DNA from: Pecten maximus | Taxonomy: Eukaryota | Length of the DNA: 64,000 nucleotides | NCBI RefSeq assembly: GCF_902652985.1 | Contig: NC_047016.1 | Location: 36,022,001-36,086,000 of the forward strand | Direction: 5' to 3' | Shown here: positions 22,501 through 33,172 of the stretch, one piece after another | Layout: each line of letters begins with the position of its first letter | Numbering within the stretch: position 1 is the first letter of the stretch | Translations under genes and position numbers: made by a program | The notes under the pieces: generated by a model | Told to the model about the DNA's origin: nothing | The model's input: only the letters and a program-made list of their open reading frames with translations | Database searches by the model: none

Positions 22501-24975
22501 GAACCTGATTTTTTCCTAATACGTAATCAAGAGCATCTCAGCATTGTTTCAATTAGGACATGTTGCTTTAATTATTATTTGATACTTTACAGTTATAACT
22601 GGACTCTACATTACCTCAGTGTTAAGCACAGGTTCTCTCTAGAAGTACATGTGCTGTCTTGACCAAAATTTGTTACAGGTTTAATTTATTGTTTACACGA
22701 CTCATACTGCTTAGTTTGTTCTCACTGACTGTAGCCCATGTTTGGACAGCATCAAGTAAACCTGGAATATACTTTATGCATGACAATCCCAACAAATATT
22801 TCATATCCTGAAGTACACCTACAATTTACTGTTAATTAGACTATGTTAGTTTATTGTACAACGGTAAAGTGTTGCTATTTTTTTAGCTCAATATATATGG
22901 AGAAGTGGGAATTCTACATGTATTTCTCTGTATTTATATCAAATTGTCACATTAACGAGGATTTAGAACAATTATTTTTCTTCAGCAAATAATCAGCTAG
23001 TGATTTTCGCACAGTAAAACATACTTCGGCTATTGTTAAAGGGTTCTCAGGTTTTACTGTACATTAAATGGAACTGTGTCACAGGGAGTGTGAATTTTAC
23101 TGAAAATAGTTTGTTAAGTTGTGTGATTTGTGAGATTGACAATGTACATTGTGTGATAGGATGGCTGTATGTTAAGTGCTATAGAGACGTGTATGCTGGC
23201 CGTACCCAGATGTAAATATCATGTGTCTCATCATCATTCACCAAACAATTAAAGTATAGATAAATAAATGAAACCAACTACACATTGTAAAGTCTTTCTT
23301 TTACGAAAGGGCGTCCATTTTGAAAACCTTTCCCAGTTAGTTTGTTAAATTAATCACCTTCAGCAGTTACCGGTGTTGAACAGAAGGTATCTCAGAAACT
23401 AGAGATGATAAAGAGGGTAATGTATTATGTATTTACTTTCTTTCACACCACAGCTTATTTGATTGGTGCTTCATGCATACTACAAGCCATCCCCAGCTAC
23501 TGTATACTCTATACACAGGTACACATTACAAAGCAGGGAAGAGTCTTATTTGGTGTGTGTGTGTGGGGGGGGGGCACACTAGTGTTTATATCTTATCTTA
23601 TTAGGTATGTACACAAGGACTCCATATACTGTATATTTGGTAATATTGGGGGGGGGTTACATTTTACTGTTATCACTGTCATTAAATATAGCAGAAAAAT
23701 AAACACCCAGCGAATATTCATTTGCAACAAATGTATAGAATTGTTTACTGCAGAATGTTTAGGAGGCGAGATTGTGTGAAATTCTTGAACTAGGTCTGAC
23801 TGGGACAATCACAAAATATTAGCCTTGTGAAATTGAACAGCTACACTCTACCCAATAAGACCCTTCCATACAACGTAATGTGTGCCTATATGCTCTCTCT
23901 ATATACAGCTTTTCAAAAAATAACCAAGTGATGATATATGTTGGTGTTCCTGGACAACCTACATGTATGCCAAGTTGGAATGGATATCTTTACCTAAAGT
24001 CATACCTAATCCTGCCATACACAGGATTTCAAGCAATGCAGTGTGGTGAAGACCACAAAGAAGTTTGAATTCGACACCATGACCTCATTGGGAGATATTC
24101 AATTTTTTTTTTTTTTTTTTTTTCGACAGTGAGTTAAGACACGTTACTGGCTTGATGATATACCTGGTGGTTTGGTATAGCTACTACCCTAGTTCTCCTT
24201 TTGATGATGATGTTTGACCTGGATTTTCATGACAGGTGATGTGGATGCAGCAGAATACTTTCAACCTTCCAGAACACCCAAGTCTAACTCTCCTTGTCCA
24301 CGTTAGTCGCCTCCTGTGAACCATTTTATGGGGCAATGTTCTTGGATTACCAATGTCCCCAAAACAGAGGGAAGTCACAGGTGACACCTAGCATTTGGTC
24401 GGGAGGGGGGGATTGCACAATTACATGTTGTCACCACTTACGACATGCAGCCTCTCAAGAACCAGCTGGCATATTCTTCCCAATAATACTCTGGATAGAC
24501 ATATACATAGAGAGTAAATGTTTGGATAAGTATAATTATTATACTGGTTTAATGCATCTGGATTTGCTTAAATGTCCTCATTTCTTAGTGTGTGAAAGAA
24601 AATCGTCGGAAGTTAGAAAAGAATACGAGAATAGCGAATTCAACGGTGACCCATCAACAACCTTTTCAGAATCACGATTATGTTTGCTGTATCTATCGTA
24701 CCCAAAGTAGAAATCCAGTAATATGTCATAAATTTATATGAAAATGAGGGGAAAAATAAGCAGTTTCCATGGAAGGGTCTCTATATTGTACCATATTTTC
24801 TAGGGTAACTCGGATCGACAATGTCAATCGGTTGTTTTGTCCTCGCTATATAGACCCAGAGTTAGTATTACGATTTTGCTTTTGTACTTCTAACGTTTTT
24901 CATGCTGGTCGTCTTTCTTGGAAAAGCATGCTCTCATGAAGATGTATCTAAGGTGTCTTGCTCATGGATCTCTAC

Positions 24976-25058
24976 TAGCCCGAGTTTCCTCTGGCCCTGA
25001 CACCATGTCCTACATCAGACATGGTGTCAGGCGCTAGGGCCAGAGGAAACTCGGGCTA
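24976..25058. mobile_element. 83-bp palindromic mini-MITE, same family as 60-891, 10-bp TSD
   Basis: TAGCCCGAGTTTCCTCTGGCCCT...AGGGCCAGAGGAAACTCGGGCTA. GGATCTCTAC is duplicated at 24966-24975 and 25059-25068. Confidence 0.9.
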
Positions 25059-26672
25059 GGATCTCTACAAACGTCACTAATCTCAACGAGCCTCAATGAA
25101 TCACAACTGGTCTCAACCAGTCGGAGCCGGTCTCAATGGAGAAAAATATAGTGCAAATAATACTCTTCTCTTGAAAACATTTGTTATTTCAAGCAGGTTA
25201 AATCTGGCTACAAGGCACACACAAGTCTACAACAATGTTATACCAGACTTTAAATTAATGAAAAATACGTAGCCGATTAGATGTCCATATAAAGTGCATG
25301 TACCCGGCTACTTCACGTCATTGAAGTCATGAAGATTATACCGAATGACAACGTCAAATGTATAGTGTGTGAAAGGTAAATAAAACACGGCTTGTGTGGA
25401 TGGCCTGTGTAGATTTGGATTAGATTTAGGGGTTTTAGACTAGAAACTTGACGTTATTATCAATAAAACAGGAAAAAGCTACTTCAAATGTTGTTGAGCA
25501 CCCACTGGTGAAGTGTAAAATTAATATAAATATCAAAAGCAAATATAGAAAGGTGCGAGCGTATATGTAAATTTTGTGGTCATCACCATGATATTGAGGA
25601 CGAATTTCTGTCTTCACGCTTATCAAGGTATAGGAACGAAGTGGATAAAATTATATTATTGGGGAAAACATATGTATTTAAACTAGTACAGCTTTTAAGT
25701 ATTACAAAAGTAAAAAGGGTTAAATATGTTGAGTGAGTTTGTTTACTAATTTGAGAAAATCAATTAACGTAATGATATTGTTAAATCTCCATAGATTACA
25801 GTGTCCCGTACACCACATATATCATGTATTTGTATATAAATGAGCTGTAAAGCTTAAAGAGGCTTACCCGCAGACGGACCGGTAAACGGCACATCTCCGA
25901 TCACTAAATAAACTTCAGTACACGTTTCTATGTGACAAAATTAGAGGCTTTCCGACTTTATTTCTTAATATAATTCACGGTTGCAATGTTTAAAATACCA
26001 CTGACTCATGTAAACGCATGCTGAACACAAAGGGAGATGACTTACAGAAGCTGTAAGCTTGCTGTCAAATCCCTTTTCATTTGGAATTATATGTATAATT
26101 TTATTGATACTTCCACTGAATAAAATATTGTTTAAACTAACGCAATAAAAGAATTTGATTTTTAAAAAAAGATGACGCAACCGTGATGCTTCATACTTCT
26201 TATAAACGAGACGGCGAATCGAGATCTTTATGTTTGAAGTGTATTTTGTAGAGACGGTTGGTGGAAACTCATTTGAGATTCAGTCTTCCCATTATATGGT
26301 GACCTATTCGGTCCAACGAACTCGAGAAAGATCGCATGGCTGAATAACTAATTAAAACACCCCAAACCAACAATACATGGCGAGAAACCTATGACGGACG
26401 GTTTAATTAGCCAGATACTTTTTTTTTTTGGTCATGTGAAAGATAAATACCATGTCATCAATTTCGTTATGTAGTTCTTACTGTTATGTCAATCGCTAAA
26501 ACTTACCTACTTGTGGGAGGAGTCACAGTATGACGTCATTCTTCTCAAATTATGTAATACAACTTGGCCGATTCATGAATATGTATTCTTAAATACCTTG
26601 AAAGCAAAACCATATGCTTACCTGAACGATTTCCTAAGATCAACCATGCCGACAAGCTCTTAATATAGATGG

Positions 26673-28790
26673 TTGATTCGCATCTCAAGTAAGAAAAAAA
26701 CATGTAAGGCAGATATCGAGGATCTCTACAATTATTTCAGTAAATATTTTAACCATAATGTTGAGGGAACTTATAATCATATATTTTCCAGTGAACAGCT
26801 CCAAGAGTTATCGAACCTGGGAGCCAATACTTGTTTAAATATACCTATATCTTCATCAGAAATATCAAAATGTATTTTTAGATTAAAAAACAATAAGGCT
26901 TTTGGTGAAGATCTAGTATGTAATGAATATATAAAATCTACTGCAGATATCATGCTACCATTATACGTCAAACTCTTTAATTATATATTCGACACTGGTA
27001 ATATCCCAGATGTGTGGTTGATGGGCAATATTATACCAGTTTTTAAAAATAAAGGAGATATCCATGATGCTAATAATTACAGACCAATTACACTGGTAAG
27101 CTGTCTGGGTAAGTTATTTACAACCATTATCAATGAACGACTCACCAATTATGCAGATAGCATTGAACTTATACTAGAAAACCAAGCGGGATTTAGAAAA
27201 CATCATTCCACAACTGATCATATTTTTTCACTCTATTCTTTAATTGAACTATCAAAACAATTCAAAAGTAAAATGTACTGTGCATTTATAGATTTTGAGA
27301 AAGCCTTCGACAGTGTCTGGAGATTAGGACTGTGGAACAAATTAATTACAAGTAATATAGGCGGGAAATGTTTTAAAGTCATAATCAATATGTACAATGG
27401 AATTAAGGCCAAAGTAATTAAAGGCGGTTCTGCCTCTAATATCTTTAATTGTAATTCCGGTGGAAGACAAGGGGAAAATTTGTCCCCATTTTTATTTTCA
27501 ATCTTTTTAAATGATCTAGAACATTTCTTAATATCACATGACTGTAGAGGTTTATCTAATTTGGCGGGAAAACTAGAGACAGAGCTACAAGTTTATCTCA
27601 AGTTGTATGTAATGTTGTATGCCGATGATACCATTCTACTTGCAGAGTCAGTAGAAGATTTACAAACACAACTTAACGTATTTCACACCTACTCAAAATT
27701 GTGGCATCTTAAAGTTAACATTGACAAGACTAAGATAATGGTTTTTGGGAGAGGAACGGTGTCACGAAAAATACAGTTCACCTATGATGGCAATAAGTTA
27801 GAAATTGTGAAAATTTTTAAATATCTCGGGGTTTGTTTCACTAGAAATGGTTTTACACATTTGAATATCAAACAATTATATGAAAAAGGCCTTAGGGCCA
27901 TGTATGGCGCTATTTCAAAATGCAGAAATCATAATCTGTCCATCGATTGTAAAATGGATATTTTTGATAAAGCAATCAAACCGATTATACTATATGGCTG
28001 TGAGGTTTGGGGGTTTTGTGACACCAAACTCTTAGAACGTCTACATTTGAAATTCTGTAAACATATCCTTAGATTAAAAACATCTACACCAAACTTTATG
28101 ATATATGGAGAATTGGGAAGGTTTCCATTAAGTATAAATATAAAAGTTCGTATGATTGGATTTTGGGCCAAAATGATGGTCTCAACTCATAATAAATTGA
28201 GCAACAAATTTTTCCAAATTTTAAGACATTATAATGCTCAATGGTCTAACTATATTAAACATATTTTTGAAGAATGTAATTTATTAGATGTTTTTGAAAA
28301 CCATGAATTTACTAGTATACGCTGCTTAAAAAATACTGTTTTTCATACCCTAAGAAATTTGTTCATATGTAATTGGAAAAATGACGTTTTCAATTCTCCG
28401 AAAGGGACCAATTACAGAATTTATAAACATGATTTAAGTTTAGAAAAATATCTACTTGACCTCCCTCCTAAGCTAGCTAATTCCTATTGTAAATTTCGAA
28501 CTTGTAACATTAAATTACCAATCGAATACGGAAGATGGAATAACATCCCAAGAGAAAATAGAATCTGTAGTCTGTGTAACATGAATGAAATAGGAGACGA
28601 ATTCCATTATCTATTTAATTGTAGCGATCATCAAATAGCATTAAACAGAAAAAAATATATATCTAGATACTATTATGAAAGACCAAGTACATTCAAATTT
28701 AATACACTTTTTAATTTTGTAGTAGACGATGAATTGAAATCACTTGTGAAATTAATTAAAGAAATAAGTATACGACTCAACAATATTTAA
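26673..28790 (+). CDS. LINE ORF2 fragment: reverse transcriptase plus C-terminal Cys/His motif (5'-truncated)
   Basis: NYRPITLVSCLGKLF, QAGFR, FIDFEKAFDSV, GRQGENLSPFLF, YADD, FKYLG, RICSLC...GDEFHYLFNC. Confidence 0.93.
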   Translation: MIRISSKKKTCKADIEDLYNYFSKYFNHNVEGTYNHIFSSEQLQELSNLGANTCLNIPISSSEISKCIFRLKNNKAFGEDLVCNEYIKSTADIMLPLYVKLFNYIFDTGNIPDVWLMGNIIPVFKNKGDIHDANNYRPITLVSCLGKLFTTIINERLTNYADSIELILENQAGFRKHHSTTDHIFSLYSLIELSKQFKSKMYCAFIDFEKAFDSVWRLGLWNKLITSNIGGKCFKVIINMYNGIKAKVIKGGSASNIFNCNSGGRQGENLSPFLFSIFLNDLEHFLISHDCRGLSNLAGKLETELQVYLKLYVMLYADDTILLAESVEDLQTQLNVFHTYSKLWHLKVNIDKTKIMVFGRGTVSRKIQFTYDGNKLEIVKIFKYLGVCFTRNGFTHLNIKQLYEKGLRAMYGAISKCRNHNLSIDCKMDIFDKAIKPIILYGCEVWGFCDTKLLERLHLKFCKHILRLKTSTPNFMIYGELGRFPLSINIKVRMIGFWAKMMVSTHNKLSNKFFQILRHYNAQWSNYIKHIFEECNLLDVFENHEFTSIRCLKNTVFHTLRNLFICNWKNDVFNSPKGTNYRIYKHDLSLEKYLLDLPPKLANSYCKFRTCNIKLPIEYGRWNNIPRENRICSLCNMNEIGDEFHYLFNCSDHQIALNRKKYISRYYYERPSTFKFNTLFNFVVDDELKSLVKLIKEISIRLNNI

Positions 28791-28924
28791 GATAATCTCT
28801 TGCTTAACAAATGTATCGATGTATTACATCATATGTCCTGTACAAATTTTGTATGTATATAATTCTCTACACTTTATATGTTTATGAGAATAAAATATTG
28901 TCATTGTCATTGTCGTTGTCAAGA
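26691..28924 (+). mobile_element. 5'-truncated non-LTR retrotransposon (CR1/L2 group)
   Basis: Open RT frame with no endonuclease. Short 3' UTR with AATAAA and a (TTGTCA)n tail at ~28897-28921. Possible TCAAG TSD. Confidence 0.88.
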
Positions 28925-28978
28925 TTTAAATTGTCTTGGTCTATCCTTCGATTTCCTTTGTGTTTTGTAAGATGCATG

Positions 28979-29407
28979 TGTAATAGGAAGGAATAATGAA
29001 AAATACCCTGCCCGTGTCGGGCTTCGAACTAACGACCTTTCGCTCTCAAGCCAAACATCCTACCACTAAACTATAGGGAAATGCCCGCTAGTCTGAGTTA
29101 GTAAGATGACCTCATACTCTCAACTTTTACACTACTCCCTCCTTCACAAAGTCTTCGCCCTCGAAGACACCCACAACCCAGGTTCATTATTTCCAATGGA
29201 GCCTCTCAGTCTCGTATAGCTTTCACTTGGAGTGGTCAACGACACTAAATCTGTAATAGGAAGAAGTAATGAAAAATACCTTGCCCGTGCCGGATTCGAA
29301 CTTTAGAACTACATTTCGCTCTAAAGGCAAACATCCTGCCGCTAGGCTAAAGGGGAATTCCCGCTAGTCTGAGATAGTAAGGTGAGCTTATACTCTCTAC
29401 TTTTACA
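28979..29407 (-). mobile_element. Miniature LTR retrotransposon (TRIM) with tRNA-like LTRs (Helenus-like)
   Basis: Direct repeats 28979-29131 and 29252-29407, each TGT...ACA. CATG TSD at 28975-28978 and 29408-29411. PPT GAAGGAGGGAGTAG on the minus strand (29145-29132). A/B boxes in both LTRs. Confidence 0.85.
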
Positions 29408-30907
29408 CATGTAACTAAACAGTTTTGTTTTAATGATACCATCTACATCGTTTGCAATCATTTGTGAAGAGTAGCATTGTAATTCCGAACGAAATCTTGT
29501 GTTGTACTGATGTGCCTTTATACGTCCAATGTTTGGTGAACCGTTGTTAATTTTTTTTTACATATCTGTTATCAAAGTCCGATCATTTGTTTGTTGTCAA
29601 TCGCTTACAGAACTGCCATATTGCAGTGGTCTTTTGAAATCCTCATACGAGCAGAAATCATCGTTATAACTTGAACAAGTTTGAACCATCAGCAAAATCA
29701 GCATCGTATTTTGCATAAGGATCTTATACTTCAAGTTCCCTCTTGAATAACCATCGTCGGATATTCACCGTGTTGATTGCATTACGCTATGCTGCACTTA
29801 TCACTTGATATTTTAGTTTTTTTATTTCATCCAAATGCAAAACAAGCATATAGGGAACAGTACAAACATTTTCGTAATTATCATGACATAGACAAGCATA
29901 AGATGGCGGAGGACAATATTACCATCAATACTAATGAGATGTACAAGACATGTTGTAACTACATTGTGTTATCAATATACACTGTAAACTCACCAGTTTC
30001 AACTTATTGAATTATATGACAAAACCGTGACATCATACATAGTAACGATACGTCATAACGGATGACGTCATACTATATAAAAAGCTACAGAAGCAACAGT
30101 GACACTGATGAAAAATGATGAATCAATAATATCAACAAACGAAGATCAATTTAATTACTTGCAAGCAGGGCTTTTCTTTTCGCTGTAGCACGAAATAAAT
30201 ACTTACTCAACATATTCAAAATTTTAACACTTTTACTCGAGAATAATTCAATATACTTATACACACTTGGTTATTACTTGTTGAGGTATGTCGCCCTTAA
30301 TTTGGAATATGCCGGACAGAGAAGTACAAATTGTACTTCATCCTCTTCGTCATTTTTATCACAGACAGTACAAATCCTCTGATTTTTAGGGCTGTTATTA
30401 TAACGCCCAGACTCGATATTAACACTGTGATATTGCATACGAAATTATTAATCTGGTTGTCCGACATTCCGATAGGAAAATGTGACGGAGCCAATCAAAT
30501 AGCCTCTATTGAAACGAGGATTTTTCACCAAGTTGAATCACGTGTGATAAATGTAGTGCAATCAACCGTGGGTACCCGACGAACACGTTTAACATGTTTT
30601 TGTAAACTGCAGCGCATGTGATCATCTAAACTTTGTATGTACATGTTCACTTTCTAATCTTATGCAAACCAGGTGTTTTGAAACTTTTCGATAAACTTCG
30701 AAGGAATCAATGAGGCGCCTCCATTCTGCAAATCATAATAGCCACCCTCTTCGGTTGGCGAGTTAGCTTCCGTCAACAACTTCAATGCTAATATAATGAG
30801 ACAACAGATCTACGTAAAATCTTTTTTTTTAAATATAGCGTACTATTACAAATTACGATGCCTGACGTGAACTTATGAGAAAAAGATACATCTTCCAGTT
30901 AAAAAAA

Positions 30908-30972
30908 CCCTGGCACGTCCTTGAATGACCCAGGCTGTTAATAGGACGTTAAACAAAATAAACCAAACCAAC
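30908..30972 (+). mobile_element. SINE 3' tail fragment
   Basis: GACCCAGGCTGTTAATAGGACGTTAAACAAAAT(AAACC)n. A similar GACCCTGGCAGTTGCGAGGACGTTAAAC occurs at ~61513-61540. Confidence 0.5.
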
Positions 30973-32692
30973 CAGTTAAACATATTTTTTATTTAACATA
31001 CAAATCTTAGTAAGGCACATATCACAACTAATATAAAGGAATGCTCGTGTATATATGTTTATACAATTATATATTCAGTAAAATACAATGTATTGCAAAG
31101 CTCAAAAAGACACATTGTCCGTGAATATATTGTATAGTAAAATCACGATGTAATCTGTAGTTAGAGGCTCATCTCATGTCGTTGAAGATTTCGGTAATTA
31201 CCTGTTTTTATTTATTTTTTTTTCAACAATTAACTGCAATCAATGAAATAAATAAACAAACATCAATGGTTTAAAACCAAACAAAAAAGATGAGATTCCT
31301 TGCTAGACGATAAGATTTTGCTTTCAACAGATTATAAACACTCATTATCGAAAAATAGACAATAGCAGCTTGGATTTTAACATTAATTTATCATGATATG
31401 TTTTCGGCATTGATTGCGTGCAATATTTATATCAAAATAACATTTTATTAAAGAAAGGAAATCGATCACGAATAACATGTCAAACAAAACAAAGAGGGAA
31501 TGTTACTACCATGTTTTATAAAACACCAATCCAAAGATCCCGATGACCTTAACCGGTAACATAAATATATGGCCAGGCACAATATGTTGTACATATCACG
31601 ACCTTTTGAAATAAAAGTATCATCCCGATCAACAATAAAGTCATGTTCACTTAGACGAATACATAACCAGCTGGTTGGCCTGTATAGTATCAAAGCAGAA
31701 GTTGCAAGGCAGATATATATCAATGCTCTGGTCTTTAGAAAACCGTAAACATACATATTTTAGTGGTAGTCTTATTTTAGCGATTTTCGCGCTGAAAGCA
31801 TGAAAATGAATTATGATTCCGTTAATTGCACTTTCTATGAACTGTTTCTATAGAAATAATTTGGGTACGCAAATGCATCAAAGCGCTACCTGGTAACATA
31901 TTAAAATCTAAAATGCGCTGAAATTAATGCGCCAAATTGATGCGTTTACAGAAGGTAACTTACACCCAATATTAATTACCATATTGTATAAAACACGATC
32001 TTTTAAAGATCCCAACAACATATACCTCGTGATAATTACTATGTGGTCGGTTACAACCACACAATTCAAACATGTGCTCTGGTATTGAGAATATCTAAAA
32101 GTTTTACTAATATCAAATTGTTATATTGACACTTACGCGACATATATAAATACAAGCATATCAAAAATATACATTTAAATTTTCTTTAAATTCTATTAAT
32201 TTGTAGTTTTTATGAGTCCGATTAAACATCGTTATTGCAAACGACACAAGCTAATGATTGTATAAAAAATAATGTTTGGAATAATATTTCTCTGGTGGCG
32301 AAACGGGCTTCTAAAAGAATCATATCTTTTTCATTTATTGTCCTCAGCCACTTCTTCAAACAATCACTTTTTGTAATTCCAATTCTTTCAAATGAAATAA
32401 TATGCTGACATAAGACTTTGTGATCAAACGAATTGTAGTCTTGTTTATCAATAAAAAAGTTTTCGTTTGAAGAAATTCCAGTGTACAATAATGAAGCATG
32501 CGATTCAACACCTGATGATTCCAAATTGGAGATCTGTGATCATCAGAATAGATCAGGCAATTTTTTGTAATCATATATTTTACAAAGTGAAGAATATAAT
32601 AGGTTTTAAGTTTGAGACTTTGATAGTAAATTAGTAATAAATATAAGCCTTTACAGAAAATAAAATTATCTCTGAATGCTCATAGATATCAA

Positions 32693-33172
32693 AACAAGAG
32701 GTCCAAATGGCCTATATCACTAATCTGGTTTATTTAAGCAAATGTCAAAACAATGTTCGTGTTCAATTCGTTAATAGCTTTGTTGATGTCTAACAATGCT
32801 ATATATGGTTATGGGGTAGGGATCTCAAAGATATAACTCAGAAACGATCGAAGTCCAGACTCAATATGATTGTGTTTAAAGAAAGTAAGTCCCTTGTGTT
32901 GGGAAAAGACCACAGGGCATATTTTTACAAGAGAAGAAGTCGTTAATATTGCCAAATTGGCCCCTTTTGGCCCCGCTCCTCAGGCTCCTGGGGGTGGGGT
33001 GGGGGTAGCCCTATCATTTGTAAAACTTTGAATCCCAGCCACCTAGGGATGCTTCCTACCAAATTTGGCCAAATTCTGATCAGTGGTTAAGAAGAAGAAG
33101 TCAATTGTTGACGAACGGACGCCACGGTATGGCATAAACCCACATTGGTCCTTCATACCAGGTGAGCTAAAA
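32693..33172. mobile_element. HINE/pearl-like Helentron-associated element abutting the CTBS stop codon
   Basis: AACAAGAGGTCC terminus, GAAGAAG core motifs, (GACG) microsatellite remnant, CCAGGTGAGCTAAAAA terminus, A-run flanks. Confidence 0.75.

Noticed and set aside
29008-29078. tRNA genes here and at ~29283-29355
   Set aside because: Poor acceptor and anticodon stems, different apparent anticodons, and both sit inside the LTRs.
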